From Asterias rubens (Eukaryota): 64,000 nucleotides of DNA. The position numbers were made by a program, and so were the translations under genes. Below, one piece after another: positions 47,607-59,438 of the stretch. The DNA lies in NCBI RefSeq assembly GCF_902459465.1, contig NC_047081.1, positions 5,456,001 through 5,520,000 on the forward strand, read 5' to 3'. Below the pieces are notes generated by a model. The model made no database searches, had not been told where the DNA came from, and saw nothing but the letters and a program-made list of their open reading frames with translations. Position 1 is the stretch's first letter; every line of letters begins with the position of its first letter.

Positions 47607-47972
47607 AGCCATTGGACCCTTTCGGTACAGAAAAAAAAAAAAAAGTTCACAGATTTACAAATAACTTACAGGGTTTACAGAAGGTAGTGGTGAAATACTT
47701 CTCTTGAAATATTATTCCATGAAATGCTTTACTTTTTGAGAAAACAGTAAAACAATATCAATTCTCGTTAACGAGAATTACGGATTTATTTTAAACACAT
47801 GTCATGACACGGCGAAACGCGCGGATACAAGGGTGGGTTTTCCCGTTATTTTCTCCTGACTCGGACGACCGATTAAGCCCAAATTTTCACAGGTTTGTTA
47901 TTTGATATAGAAGTTGTGATACACGAAGTGTGGGCCTTGGACAATACTGTTTACCGAAAGGGTCCAATGGCT
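47607..47972. mobile_element. Kolobok-type MITE (AGCCATT family)
   Basis: TTAA 47603-47606 and 47973-47976; TIRs agccattggaccctttcggta / taccgaaagggtccaatggct. Confidence 0.82.
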
Positions 47973-48871
47973 TTAATACAAGGGCAGGAACACAGTGGTG
48001 TACGATATACATGGGCAGGATAAAGTAGTCCCATATCACAACACATGCAAACACAAAAATTGTTTTAAGCACATAAAATGATCAATAAATCTTTGTGTCC
48101 ACCCAAATTTACAATGTTCTCCAGGCCAGATAAATACTTTTGCAAACCCCATCCTTGCCGAGGTTAACCATTTTTATTCAAAATAAACAGTCTTCCCGCA
48201 GGTCACCAAATTTCTTTTTCTTTTATGTGCAAATTATTCATCCTTTTTCGTGCGTGACCTCTGTGTGAATATATAATAAGTCCAAAGGGCTTCAGTCTTT
48301 TTCGGCCTTATCTGAAAAGTATTGACAGAAATAATGTAGCAGTTCATTGAAACTAAGAGCATATCTGTCGTTTTATATGAACAAAATCGGTGCAACTCAA
48401 ATTTTTTAAAGAGAAATTTGTACGAAAAAAAAAATGGCTTCAAAAAGAAAGAAAAACAAGTAACAAAACACAACAGATTGTCCCATTATGAATGTCAGCA
48501 ACAGTCCAAAAGTTGTATACATGGACACTATTTTTTCCTGGAAATGTTAAAAGCGAGACTGGATCGTACCTAGTCCAGTCAGGGTACAGCGATTTCCAAC
48601 GGTAGTTCAAAACCCACGTTACGAAAAAATCAACCATTAAACAGGATGGTTTTCTGCACGGTGATTGGCTGACGATGACATCATCCATTGATGTGGCAGC
48701 TTGCTGTTTTTTGTTGGTATGGTGCCCGACCACCAGTCCAGCGTTAGTCTATTATGGGCTGAATGAGGGTCACCATTTTTACGTACAAACTTCTCTTTTT
48801 AAAATTTGAGTTGCACCGATTTTGTTCATACAAAACGACAGATATTTATTTCAATTACTACTTTATTTCTG

Positions 48872-50324
48872 ATTGTGTTAGCGCCACAAACAAATGTGTG
48901 CCGCTCAAGGAAGCGGAGTATTGTGATAAGCTTTGTCGGCTTCTCCAAAGCATTCGACTGTGTCGACCGCGGAGCCCTGAGACAGATTTTATCATTCTAC
49001 GGCATACCAACATCTTTCATCAACGCAATAATGTCACTGTACACCAACACATCTGCATGTGTGCGCACATACTCGGGTTGCACTGACGAGTTTGGCACGA
49101 CATCTGGTGTGCTCCAGGGAGATACGTTGGCGTCCTACTTGTTTGTCATCGTCATGGACTACATTACATCTTACGTCAGTCGCTCACCCTAGAAGATGCT
49201 TACACTGTGAGGAGACGTATGTCGGCACGATGGACGGCCGTGAAAATCCCCGCACTTGCATACGCTGATGACGCCGCGCTGATTTCTGACAATCCAGACG
49301 TAGCCCAACGCCACCCAGGTCGAAATTCCAGTTGAACCTAGTTAAACTGGGTTTAACTGGAACTAGTTGAAACCAGTTGATAAACTAGTTAAACACAGTT
49401 AAAACCAGTTGGTTTAATATGGAAAATGGACAGAAACCAACTGGTTTATAATTTCAACCTAGTTGAACACAGTTAAACCTAGTCCAAACCAGTTGGTTAA
49501 TATGGAAAATGGACGAGTTTGGTCACTTTCCAGTTGAACCAGTTGACCCCAGTTAACTAATTTTGACCTGGGCAACTACATCACTTTGAGGCAGCATCAG
49601 CCAAAGTAGGTCTGCGTCTGAATGCCAGCGAAACGAAGGTCATGTACATTGGAGACATTCCACACACTACCATATGTACAACAGCCGGCGTCCCTCTCGC
49701 ATCCTGTGACGACTTTTGCTACCTGGGATGCAACGTTGCAGACAGCCGAAGTGCCATTCAGCGACGACGGCAGCTGGCATGGGTCGCCGCTCTTAAACTC
49801 ACACCTGTGTGGGATGGTAGCCAGCGATAAAGCCAAAATGCAGCTCTTCAAGTCCACAGTCGAGACAGTGCTTTTGTACAGCTGTGAAGCTCTAACGATC
49901 ACCAAAACCATGGCCAAGAATCTTGATGCGTCTCACCGTGCTCTCATGCGGTACAGCCTCTGTGTGCACTTCCCAGTATGGCTGTCCAACGAAGACTTGT
50001 ACTCTCGCACATGCATAACACCTGCCACAACAACCCTGCTGAGAAGTCGACTTTGTTTGATCGGCCATGCTCTTCGGAGACCTGAAATGCCTCTCGCTAC
50101 TTTCGTAAATCCACAAAACCAGCCATCTGAACCCTTTCACCAGGGTGGATAGCTACATATCACAGCTTATAGACGACCTCAACGCCATCGGCCTACAACA
50201 CGATCAAGCTGTTCAAGCTGCCCTGGATCGGCCTGGATGGCAGAGACTAATTTCTAACATTGGACAAACCCATGGTCACAACGTCTCAAGCCGAGTTCAG
50301 CCCGAGTAGCGTCAACTATATATA
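48872..50324 (+). mobile_element. 5'-truncated RTE-type LINE with target-site duplication
   Basis: FSKAFDCVDR, GVLQGDTLASYLF, LAYADDAAL, KVGLRLN, FCYLG, VLLYSCE and IGHALR motifs. 9-bp TSD ttatttctg at 48863-48871 and 50325-50333; short (TA)n tail. Confidence 0.85.
49314..49572. mobile_element. CMC/EnSpm-like MITE nested in the RTE reading frame
   Basis: CA|cccaggtcgaaatt...aattttgacctggg|CA. Removing it with one CA restores VAQRQLHHFEA. Many internal ccagtt/aactgg motifs. Confidence 0.8.
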
Positions 50325-51776
50325 TTATTTCTGTCAATACTTTTCAGATAAGGCCGAAAAGACTTTCAGAAGCCCTTTGGACTAATTATATATTCAAACC
50401 GAGGTCATGCATGAAAAACCACACCAACCCCTGCAGATAAAACCGGGCAAAAGCTCAATAAAACACATGGTTTGCGGGTAGACTGTAAACTGCATAATTA
50501 TTTTGCAAAAGTCTGTATATACCTCCGAGTAATATGAGGATGAAAAAACACACACAAACATCGCCAACTATTTTTGGCGTCCACTATGTAACCCACGTAA
50601 AATAACTTTGTAGTTAAACTGAGTAATCAACATTATGTCACCAGGATAGCTTTATACCTGTACTCTGTATGGATGATTTTTGCCAATGCAACACATTTTA
50701 AAGATGGTGTCCACCATATCCCTGTTTCGCGTCAAAATGTAACTAACATTAAACAGCATCAACGTCGGGATTGTTTTTGAAATTACCAGATTTACTTTGA
50801 AAAGGCAACAAAAAGGTATGGACTACTTGTCACGATACTTCTTCATTGTATTAATCTGTGATTACGGTTCCAATTGCAATTTAAATAGAGCGATTTTATA
50901 GGATAATGAATGGGGTAGTTTGTCATGTTTATGGTCAAATAACTTTCTGTGAATTTGAATAGTGTCAAACTGTAACTAACGCAAGAAAAGTGACTAAATT
51001 TCTCTTTTTCCTCTTTACACGACTACATGACAAATAGTTTTTACTTTTCAGTTGACCTGCACTAGATAATCAAGATTAATTCCTCAAAAAATCGTTGTTG
51101 TCGCCTCATAACTTCTCCAGTTTTACGTTAGTTACCGCGAACACGCTCGTGTCTGCTAGTAACCATCGTTAAAAGTCTAGAAAAAACAGCCTACAACACT
51201 TTTAATTTGTGTTTTTATGATATTAAAATCAGTTAGCTGTGATTAGCCTTTGGGTGGGGGGGGGGGGGTTAAGCATTTCAAACACTTGTGTACAAAACCG
51301 TAATGTTACGTTAGTTACGGTGTCCCCTTATTTAATATTATTGTTTAACAAAAGTTATCCCTTTAAATAAAAGTTTCGACTAGAAGATGGGTGCAAAATA
51401 TTAGCTGCAACAAATTAACTTAATTTCTTGTTCTTTTCACTTGTATTTTTGTTTACCTGACTGAAAAGTGGACAACGCGAAACTTACGTTAAATTTACAC
51501 ATCAATCGTGAAAAAAACACTGCATGATGGAATTTCTACTTGCCACATTATCTTTCCATAACTTTTTTTTCAGTAGAAGGTAGTCCATTCGTATGGATTT
51601 TGAGTAAATTCAAACTTCCATCGACACCTATTTTTTCCCCCCCTGTTCTTTGCCAGTATTGTGTCCTTATGTCTAAACATGTAAACTATTGTTTCACAGC
51701 CTTGTGTTTTTGTACTGGCTCTGGAGCAAAAATTTTAGGAATTTCCTCAAAGTTTCTGTGGTTAAATTGTACTTAA

Positions 51777-52141
51777 AGCCATTATACACTTTCTGTAAAG
51801 AAACAAACAAAAAAGTTCACAGATTTACAAATAATTTACAGGGTTTACAGAAGGTAATGGTAAAAGACTTCTCTTGAAATATTGTTCCATGAAATGCTTT
51901 ACTTTTTTAGAAAACATTAAAACAATATCAATTCTCGATAGCGAGAATTACGGATTTATAGAAACACATGTCATGACACGGCGAAACGTGCGGAAACAAG
52001 GGTGGGTTTTCTCGTTATTTTCTCTCGACTCCGATGACCGATTGAGCCTAAATTTTCACAGGTTTATTATTTTATATATAAGTTGTGATACACGAAGTGT
52101 GGGACTTGGACAATACTGTTTACCGAAAGTGTATAATGGCT
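51777..52141. mobile_element. Kolobok-type MITE (AGCCATT family)
   Basis: TTAA 51773-51776 and 52142-52145; TIRs agccattatacactttc / gaaagtgtataatggct. Confidence 0.82.
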
Positions 52142-53208
52142 TTAAAATGTATACATACACGTATATCAGAACTGTGATCAATGGTAGTGGAAAATTACTT
52201 CAGGTTATTGCTCTCTGTGTCAAAAAATGTACGTGAAACTTTCATAAACTTTTGAATATCATTGGTCAATGTCAATAAAAGATATCTGAAAGATTTCATG
52301 TTATTTACGTTATCACCACTTTACTTACAAAAAGAAACTTTTATGACACATTTGAAGGCCCAAACAACTGTTTTTCTCCTGCATGTTTTATGTCAAGGTT
52401 GTCATTATTGTCACACAGGAGAAAATGATTTTTTTTTATCATGGTCATTTCTTCTTTCTCCCTGTAGAGGACCAGATTTAGACTTTTGAGTCACACAAAT
52501 TGCAAAAGTTTGTTTTATCGTTGATTCTTGTTTATTTGGTGGTTATTGATGGCATATCCAAAATCGTATAAGAGTTTCAAGCCAGAAGTGACCCAATTTG
52601 CATATTTATGTTAGGTGGTAATTAGCAATCTTTAAGGTCAATTACAATGTATATCTCTAAAACTATTCGTTTTATGGACAAGGTTTGTGTTAGGGGTGAA
52701 TAAAAACCTGACCTTGACATTTGTATACTTTCCAAATAACTAGGTCAAATTTCAAGGGGTTAAATTGGTTTTCTCCACTCAAATGCATTTAACATGGCAT
52801 ATCATGACAGTGTAATAAATACCATGAATGAATTCTTCGGGTTGAATGACAGGGCATTAAAGGTTTAAATACACTGTGTATGTCCCAAAGTATTGGTGTG
52901 ATCATCTGGAAACTTGGATTTTAATTTGTTGTTGCACCTTTACCGTTAGTCATGAATTGCTACTGTACATGGTATTTATAATCGAAATGTGTTATTTTTT
53001 AAACAGACTTAAAAGAAATTTAAAAAAGTTTCTGCAAAACAGCTGGGCATTTTGGACAAATGCAATATTTCTAGGTATTATTATTTTTAAAATTGTTATA
53101 TACAATGTACAAGTACATGTAACAGTAGTTGCTAATAAGGTTTTGCACATTTATTAGCTGCAGGAATTGTTTTCTTCAAGATTTTTAATTAGCTGTTTTG
53201 TAGGGCAG

Positions 53209-53519
53209 CCAAAATTAATATTCTTTATCTCCGATGCAAATTTAACATCTCTTATATCGTTGCGGTACCCGCTGCCAAAACATAGGATTCGAACTGCCTC
53301 TAGCTGCCGGGCAACCTCGGTAGTCTAGTTGGTAAGACACTGGGTTCGAATCCCACCCGAGTAACATGCCTGTGGTATTTTTTTCACAGGACTCGGGAAA
53401 GTACTGAGTATACAGTGCTATTAACACACATCGGTGTATGGGTAAAAAAAACACCAAAATTAATATTCTTTATCCCCGATGCAAATTTAACATATGTTAT
53501 ATCGTTGTGGTACCCGCTG
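53209..53519 (+). mobile_element. tRNA-derived SINE-like repeat with 66-bp terminal direct repeats, copy 2
   Basis: Direct repeats 53209-53274 and 53454-53519; A-box-like ggtagtctagttggtaa and B box ggttcgaatccc. Confidence 0.72.
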
Positions 53520-54372
53520 ATTTTTGAGTGTGAACTTTCTCAAAGATCTTGAGAACTTCGTCTTTAGTGCACTAAAAATGATGTAGGCCTGTAACAAAAT
53601 AAGCGTCAAAAAAGAAAGATAAAAAAAAGAAAAAAAGATTGGTCGTTGATGGGAGCGCTCATTTTTTGTTCATGTGAATTTTTCCCTGTTTGTTTTCCCC
53701 CAAAAATATCCTATGGGTAAACCTGATTTTAAATTAAAATTTAGAAGTCAGTAGTGCATCTCCATAGAAAAACTATGCTCCATTTTCTCTCTGCATCTGT
53801 TTACAATCCTTTATAATTTATTTTTTTTCTTTAAATCATTGCTAATAGTGTAGTGGGTCTCAGTCCCCTGCACCCTTGCTGTAACATGGAGTATACCCAC
53901 ACGCGCATAAAGCAAAAACGAAAATAATCACTGCTTATACTGTGGCGTGATCTCCTACCTCCACCTTTATGTTTGATGTAGGCTAGTGGGGATATTTGTA
54001 TCCACAGTTTGAATATTGAAGCAAAGTTTCACAGCCAGATGCCCTTCTTCTGATGAAGCCAACCACATGACAACACCCACTGCACGCTGTGGGGAGAAAT
54101 GTCATATTATTCTGATCCGTGACCGTACAGACATAAGCAGGCCAGTATTGCCCGGGTTGGAAGTAAGAGTTTTGCTCCACCAAGGTGGGCTGCCTTCCAT
54201 GGTAAACGAGCCCCACCAATCAAGGTTTGAAATCAGAGTTATCCTTTTCCTACGCTTCCATCCAAGGCTGAGAGCTTCACCAACCCGTGTTTGAAATCAG
54301 TGGCTGTCTCCTAGCTTGGTTGACTCCCATCCAAGGTTAATGAGTGCCAACTGCGCAGAGCAATCTGGTTTT

Positions 54373-56125
54373 GGGCAGTTCCATAGAAATGTAAACCTCA
54401 GTGCCAAAATTTCAAAATGGCACTAATGTGACAAATGAGACATCATTTTGTAGCTAATTGTATGAATTTTAATAAAATATAATTTGTTACTGAAAATATT
54501 CAGCGGCTCAAGTGCTATTTTCGACTGAAAAAATACTTTTAAAATAGTGAAATTGGCTCAAAAATAATGTTTTGCCAATTTAATCAAAATTTTTACTGTG
54601 GTTAAATAGTGTTTGTTTTGGTTTTGCACCTGTTCGAAGTTTGCTATGGTAACAACACAATGATGGAAAAAAAAAAAAAAAATCTTTCAAAATTTTATGA
54701 TATTCACTATTTTGGAAACTTACTTTTCCGATGTATGTCCGACACCAAAATAGTTAATATTTTAATCTCCCTATTTCAACCGTGGGCAGAAAATTTTCAA
54801 ATTTACACTACAAAGCACAATTGATGCTCTCTATCTAAACATGGAATTATTTCTTTAAAAAAATCTTCTTAATCGTACAAAATTCTGGTGTCGGACGTGC
54901 ATTTTGTTCGTACGTCCGACACCAGTACGTCCGACACCTCCAAAATAATTATGTGAAAGCCTTTTTGAATGCCTTTAAAATATCATACAAAGCTATAATT
55001 TGGTACCTAGGGTAACTCTCACCCAAATCACTCAAATCTTGCCTCAAAACAAGTGTATTTCATTCCCCTTTTTTTCGACTGGCTGCTAAAAACACAATAA
55101 TTTTAATCTGCAGAAAATTTTAATTTCCATTTCCAAAACCCACTGGTACTTATAATTAATATAAGAAAAGCTTGGTTTTTGCAGTATATTTGTTAAATTC
55201 AGGTACATGTGGTTACCCCCAAGCAAGGATAGAGCTCTTATTCATTTAGTAAACTGTTGACAATGCTCTAAAGTTGGTTCTTTAGAGAAAATATCAAAAC
55301 ATTTAACACCAAAATTCTTGGTGACCTTTGACCTTGGCAACAGTTACCCACCAAGAACTTTAAACTTTAATTTTTTTAAACACAAGTCCAATCTACAATA
55401 TATTTGAACCAAATGTTATTTTGCAGACTCATATCTTTCATTGTTAGGCAACATTTTGAAACTTGGGTGTTTTGCCAGTTTTGGTTGCCACAGCAATGCA
55501 TAAGGATACGCATGTACATCATGTACAAGTTGCATTACACATGCACATTGTTTCTATTGATCTCAAAACGTGGTATAAGTTGACAATTAAACCACTTTTT
55601 TCAACAAATAATGATTTATCTGATATTACAACACCAAATTGGTAGATTAAATCATTATTTTATAACAAAAGTGAAAAGTTGAACTGATTGTTACCTATTT
55701 TTGAATGCAATTTCGGACAAGTACGTCCGACACTGTGAAATGTACGTCCGACACCAATATATTAAATGCCGTTCCTTAAAATTCAAATTTTAAAAACCAA
55801 ATGTCTTATGGTAAAGTGTAATGACAGAGGTCTGATGAATCCATAAATAAGAAAAAATTGCATTAAAGTTCAAACACATCACAGAGTTTGAACTACAAAT
55901 ATTGGTTTCCATAAAAAGCCGTTTCTCTGAGTACGTCCGACACCATGGTGTTTTCGGCGAATGGCGTCTATATCCAAAGACATGGATGAATTATTTTTTG
56001 ATAAAATAACTTTAGTGACTGCCTTATACCTCTATCCAGAATAAAAATTCCTTTTATTTATACCACTGTAATAATACACTCTGTTAAAGTGTCCGAAATG
56101 TACGTCCGACCCCGTGGAACTGCCC
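54373..56125. mobile_element. 1753-bp non-autonomous DNA transposon (Sola2-like ends)
   Basis: TTTT|GGGCAGTTCCA...TGGAACTGCCC|TTTT; 11-bp TIRs and apparent 4-bp TSD; repeated internal GTACGTCCGACAC motifs. Confidence 0.7.
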
Positions 56126-56929
56126 TTTTAAGGCGCCAGAAACCCGCCTTCATACTTTACTACACCGTTTGCAACAGGGATCAGCAGTCAATAGGAGCTC
56201 AATCCACCTCCCATTATTTTGATCCCTATAATAACATTTCTTCATAAAAGTTCAAGAATGTACATTTTAATTAAACAGTCGCCTTGAATCAAAAAGTTCA
56301 ATCAGATTGGGCATCAGTTTTTAAATGAAATACATCAAGAGCAATAGCAATAGTTTGCAAGACGTACCACTGTTTACCCCCCCCCCCCACATCACAGGAA
56401 ACTAAATTTATAAAAACAATCACTTACTGGCATTGGCTTGATTGTATACCAGCTGCCTGTCTTTATTTTATTGCCATAATCACCTTTAATACCAGTATAA
56501 ATGAGTTTATGCCAACCCATATGCTAAGGAATGTACATATAGGGGGCCTACTGCAATTAACATGTAACCCTATGGGAAAACACGGTGGTCCTACAAAGCA
56601 TTTGGCACCATTTATGTTTTGCCACCTCAGGTGGTACCAATATCTGGTCTGGCCCATGGACTAAAATGGCAACACAACAAACGTAAAAATCCACAGGAAG
56701 ATACAGTAAGTGAAACATAAGCAGTGAAGTGGAAAGGCACTGGCCTGACCACAAGAAGATGGAAACACAAAGGACACTATTAAGGGTGGGGAGAGGTGAG
56801 GACAAAAGTAATTAATTAGTGAATGAGGCTCATACTAAAAGGGGGGTTTCTGTGGGGAAAAGGGATATGGCAAAATAAAAGGTTTATTAGTCATTTCCTT
56901 CTTTCTCAGGCATTAACAATTAGTTAATT

Positions 56930-57595
56930 GCCCAAACTCCTTGGGCATTTAACATTAGTTTTAAACAATTTTGATCCCATGTTGTCCTTTAATTCCTGGT
57001 CAACCGGAAGCGCGACCATACTCTAAAAACATACAGCTAATGTTCAAGCTCTTTCAGTAGACTCTTAGTCTTCAAAACGCATTAAATTAACTTTGAAAAA
57101 CCGTAACCCCATGTTGACCCCTACTTCTGGGTCAGCCGGAAATTGGACCAGGGGTGCGTTCCACTCGCGCAAACGACTCGCAACTGTTCGCGCAAACGTT
57201 TTTTATCTTTTGAACGATTGGTGCGTATACGCGATGTCAATATGGCGGCGCCCTAAAATGAAGATGGCGCGCACCAAACGTATTTTTTTTTTACTTTGTT
57301 TTTGCTGCAATAGTCCTCTTTTTGACATCATTACATCAATTAATTAACTTTGTTATTCCAAATTATCATCCACTGAAAATACAATGTAATTATGTTTGTG
57401 ACGCGGCGGCGAACAACTCGTTCCACTTGAAATTGTTGGCGAACGTGCGCAACTGGTGGCAACGTTTGCGCGAGTGGAACGCACCCCAGATCTCAAGATC
57501 TACTCAACCGATTTTCAAACTTGCAGGTTAGCCTGTGGTAGCCGTGACCCCATGTTGACATTCACTTACTGGTCTACCGGAAGTGGGACCATATC
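56930..57595 (-). repeat. Tandem-array element fragment (array D), interrupted by a Harbinger MITE
   Basis: Reverse-complement monomers (accggaagtgggaccatatc, gaccccatgttgac); head not found. Confidence 0.55.
57152..57486. mobile_element. PIF/Harbinger-type MITE
   Basis: CAG|gggtgcgttccactcgcgcaaacg...cgtttgcgcgagtggaacgcaccc|CAG; 24-bp perfect TIRs, 3-bp CWG TSD. Confidence 0.85.
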
Positions 57596-57811
57596 ATTCC
57601 CCAGGAATATATCAAGCCCCGAAATATATCAATCCGCAGAAATATATCAACCCTAGAAACAAATCAAGCATAGAATTATATAAATTCCCAGAAATAAACC
57701 TAGTGCCACAAATAAATTATGCGTCAGAAGTGTGTAGTAAAGTGCAATAAACGTTTAAGCGCCGTAATCGTACAAGCGCCAGAAATTTATCAATCACTAG
57801 AAATATTAATG

Positions 57812-58160
57812 TAATCTGTTCAAAGAACAGATAATATCCAAGGAAATATTCAAGTTTCTCGACCCTCACAACCACCAGATTAAAATACCCAGCATTTACC
57901 TACTGCCGAAGATCCATGAAAAACCTCCGAGTAGAACACGGTTTGTCGGTAGGCCCATCATCAGTGGTTGCAGGGCCACAACTCAACAAATCTAAAAATA
58001 CATGTATTTTGTCTTGCTTCCCATTGTCAGGCAACAAAGCTTATACACCCTGACGAGACTCTTCACAGGTTCTTCAAAAACTTGACAATTTGACATTGGA
58101 ACAAGACTACATGTATCTCCTAACCACTTTGGATATTGTTTTAATGTATTCAAACTTCAC
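57812..58160 (+). pseudogene. Penelope-like element reverse transcriptase fragment
   Basis: EIFKFL...IPSIYLLPKIHEKPP...GRPIISGC, then after a frameshift RDSSQVLQKLDNL...LTTLDIVLMYSN. Matches PLE RT motifs (LPKIHK, GRPIVS, RD...L.KL, TLDV.S.Y.N). Not in the ORF track. Confidence 0.72.
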
Positions 58161-58688
58161 AGATATGACATATTATCACACGTTATGAGAGGATACAACA
58201 TCTTGCTTGAAATGTTTCTTTACATGTAGTATGTCAACAATTTAGTAATTGGGACATGTACATGAACATGTATTACATAGATGTATGCTGTTCCTCACCA
58301 CACTTTCTCCCGCCCCCTCACTAACCCTTATACCACTCGCCCACCGCCCTTCCCTATCCTTTCAGTCCAAATCTTTGTTTAAATAACAATAACATGCCTC
58401 AAATGGTTTCAGATAGCCCGCTTCATAAAAGTGCTCTTCACTTTCTAGTGATTGTGCCTTAACAGGAGTTTGAACATTGTGAGGGTGTACTAGTTTTAGC
58501 GATTTTTGTTTGTCTCAAGGCCTCAACGTACGCTAACAAGTTGTTTGATGTACACATTTCCTGGTGAAAAAAAGTCCAAACTGTATTTGTGGCTGCACTG
58601 TCTTCCCTTTTGGTAAAATTCCTCTGCAGACTACATAGTATGATTCTAAACACGTATACCCCTATCGAAAGACAGGGTGTGTCTAGGA

Positions 58689-59438
58689 ATTGATATATTT
58701 CTGGAAATTGATGTTTTTCTGGGGATTGATATATTTCCAGGGATTGATATATTTCCAGGGATTGATATATTTCTGGGGATTTATATATTTTGGGGCTTGA
58801 TTTGTTTCAAGGCTTGATTTGTTTCTGGGGGGTTAATATATTTCTGGGGGTTGATATATTTCTGGGGATTTATATCTTTCTGGAAATTGATGTTCTTTTC
58901 TGGGGATTGATATATTTCCAGGGATTGATATATTTCGAGGCTTGATTTATTTCTGGGGGTCGATATATATCTGGGGATTGATATATTTCTAGAAATTGAT
59001 GTTTTTCTGGGGGTTTATATTTTTCTAGGGATTGATATATTTCAAGGCTTGATTTATTTCTGGGGTTGATATATTTCTGGGGTTGATATATTTCTGAGGA
59101 TTGATATATTTCAAGGCTTGATATATTTCTGGGGATTGATATATTTCTGGGGATTGATATATTTCTGGGGATTGATATATTTCTGGAAGTTGATGTTTTG
59201 TGGGGATTGATACATTTCCAGAGATTGATATATTTCCAGAGATTGATATATTTCCAGGGATTGACTTATTTCGAGGCTTAATATATTTCTAGGAATGATA
59301 TTTTCTTGGGATTGATATAATTCTAGAAATTGATATACTTCTGGGGATTGTTTCGAGGCTTGATTTATTTGTGGGGGTTGAAATATTTCTGGGGACTGAT
59401 ATATTTCTGGAAGTTGATGTATTTCTGGGGATTGATAT
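58689..59438. repeat. Degenerate about 18-19 bp minisatellite (ggattgatatatttctgg), with inverted counterpart at 57591-57790
   Basis: Dozens of gattgatatatttc(t/c)(g/a)gg units; ccagaaatatatcaatc-type units in the opposite orientation at 57591-57790. Confidence 0.88.

Noticed and set aside
50740-51330. Element defined by repeated GTAACTAACG / CGTTAGTTAC motifs ending gtgtcccc
   Set aside because: Motifs are visible, but no matching left terminus or TSD could be established.
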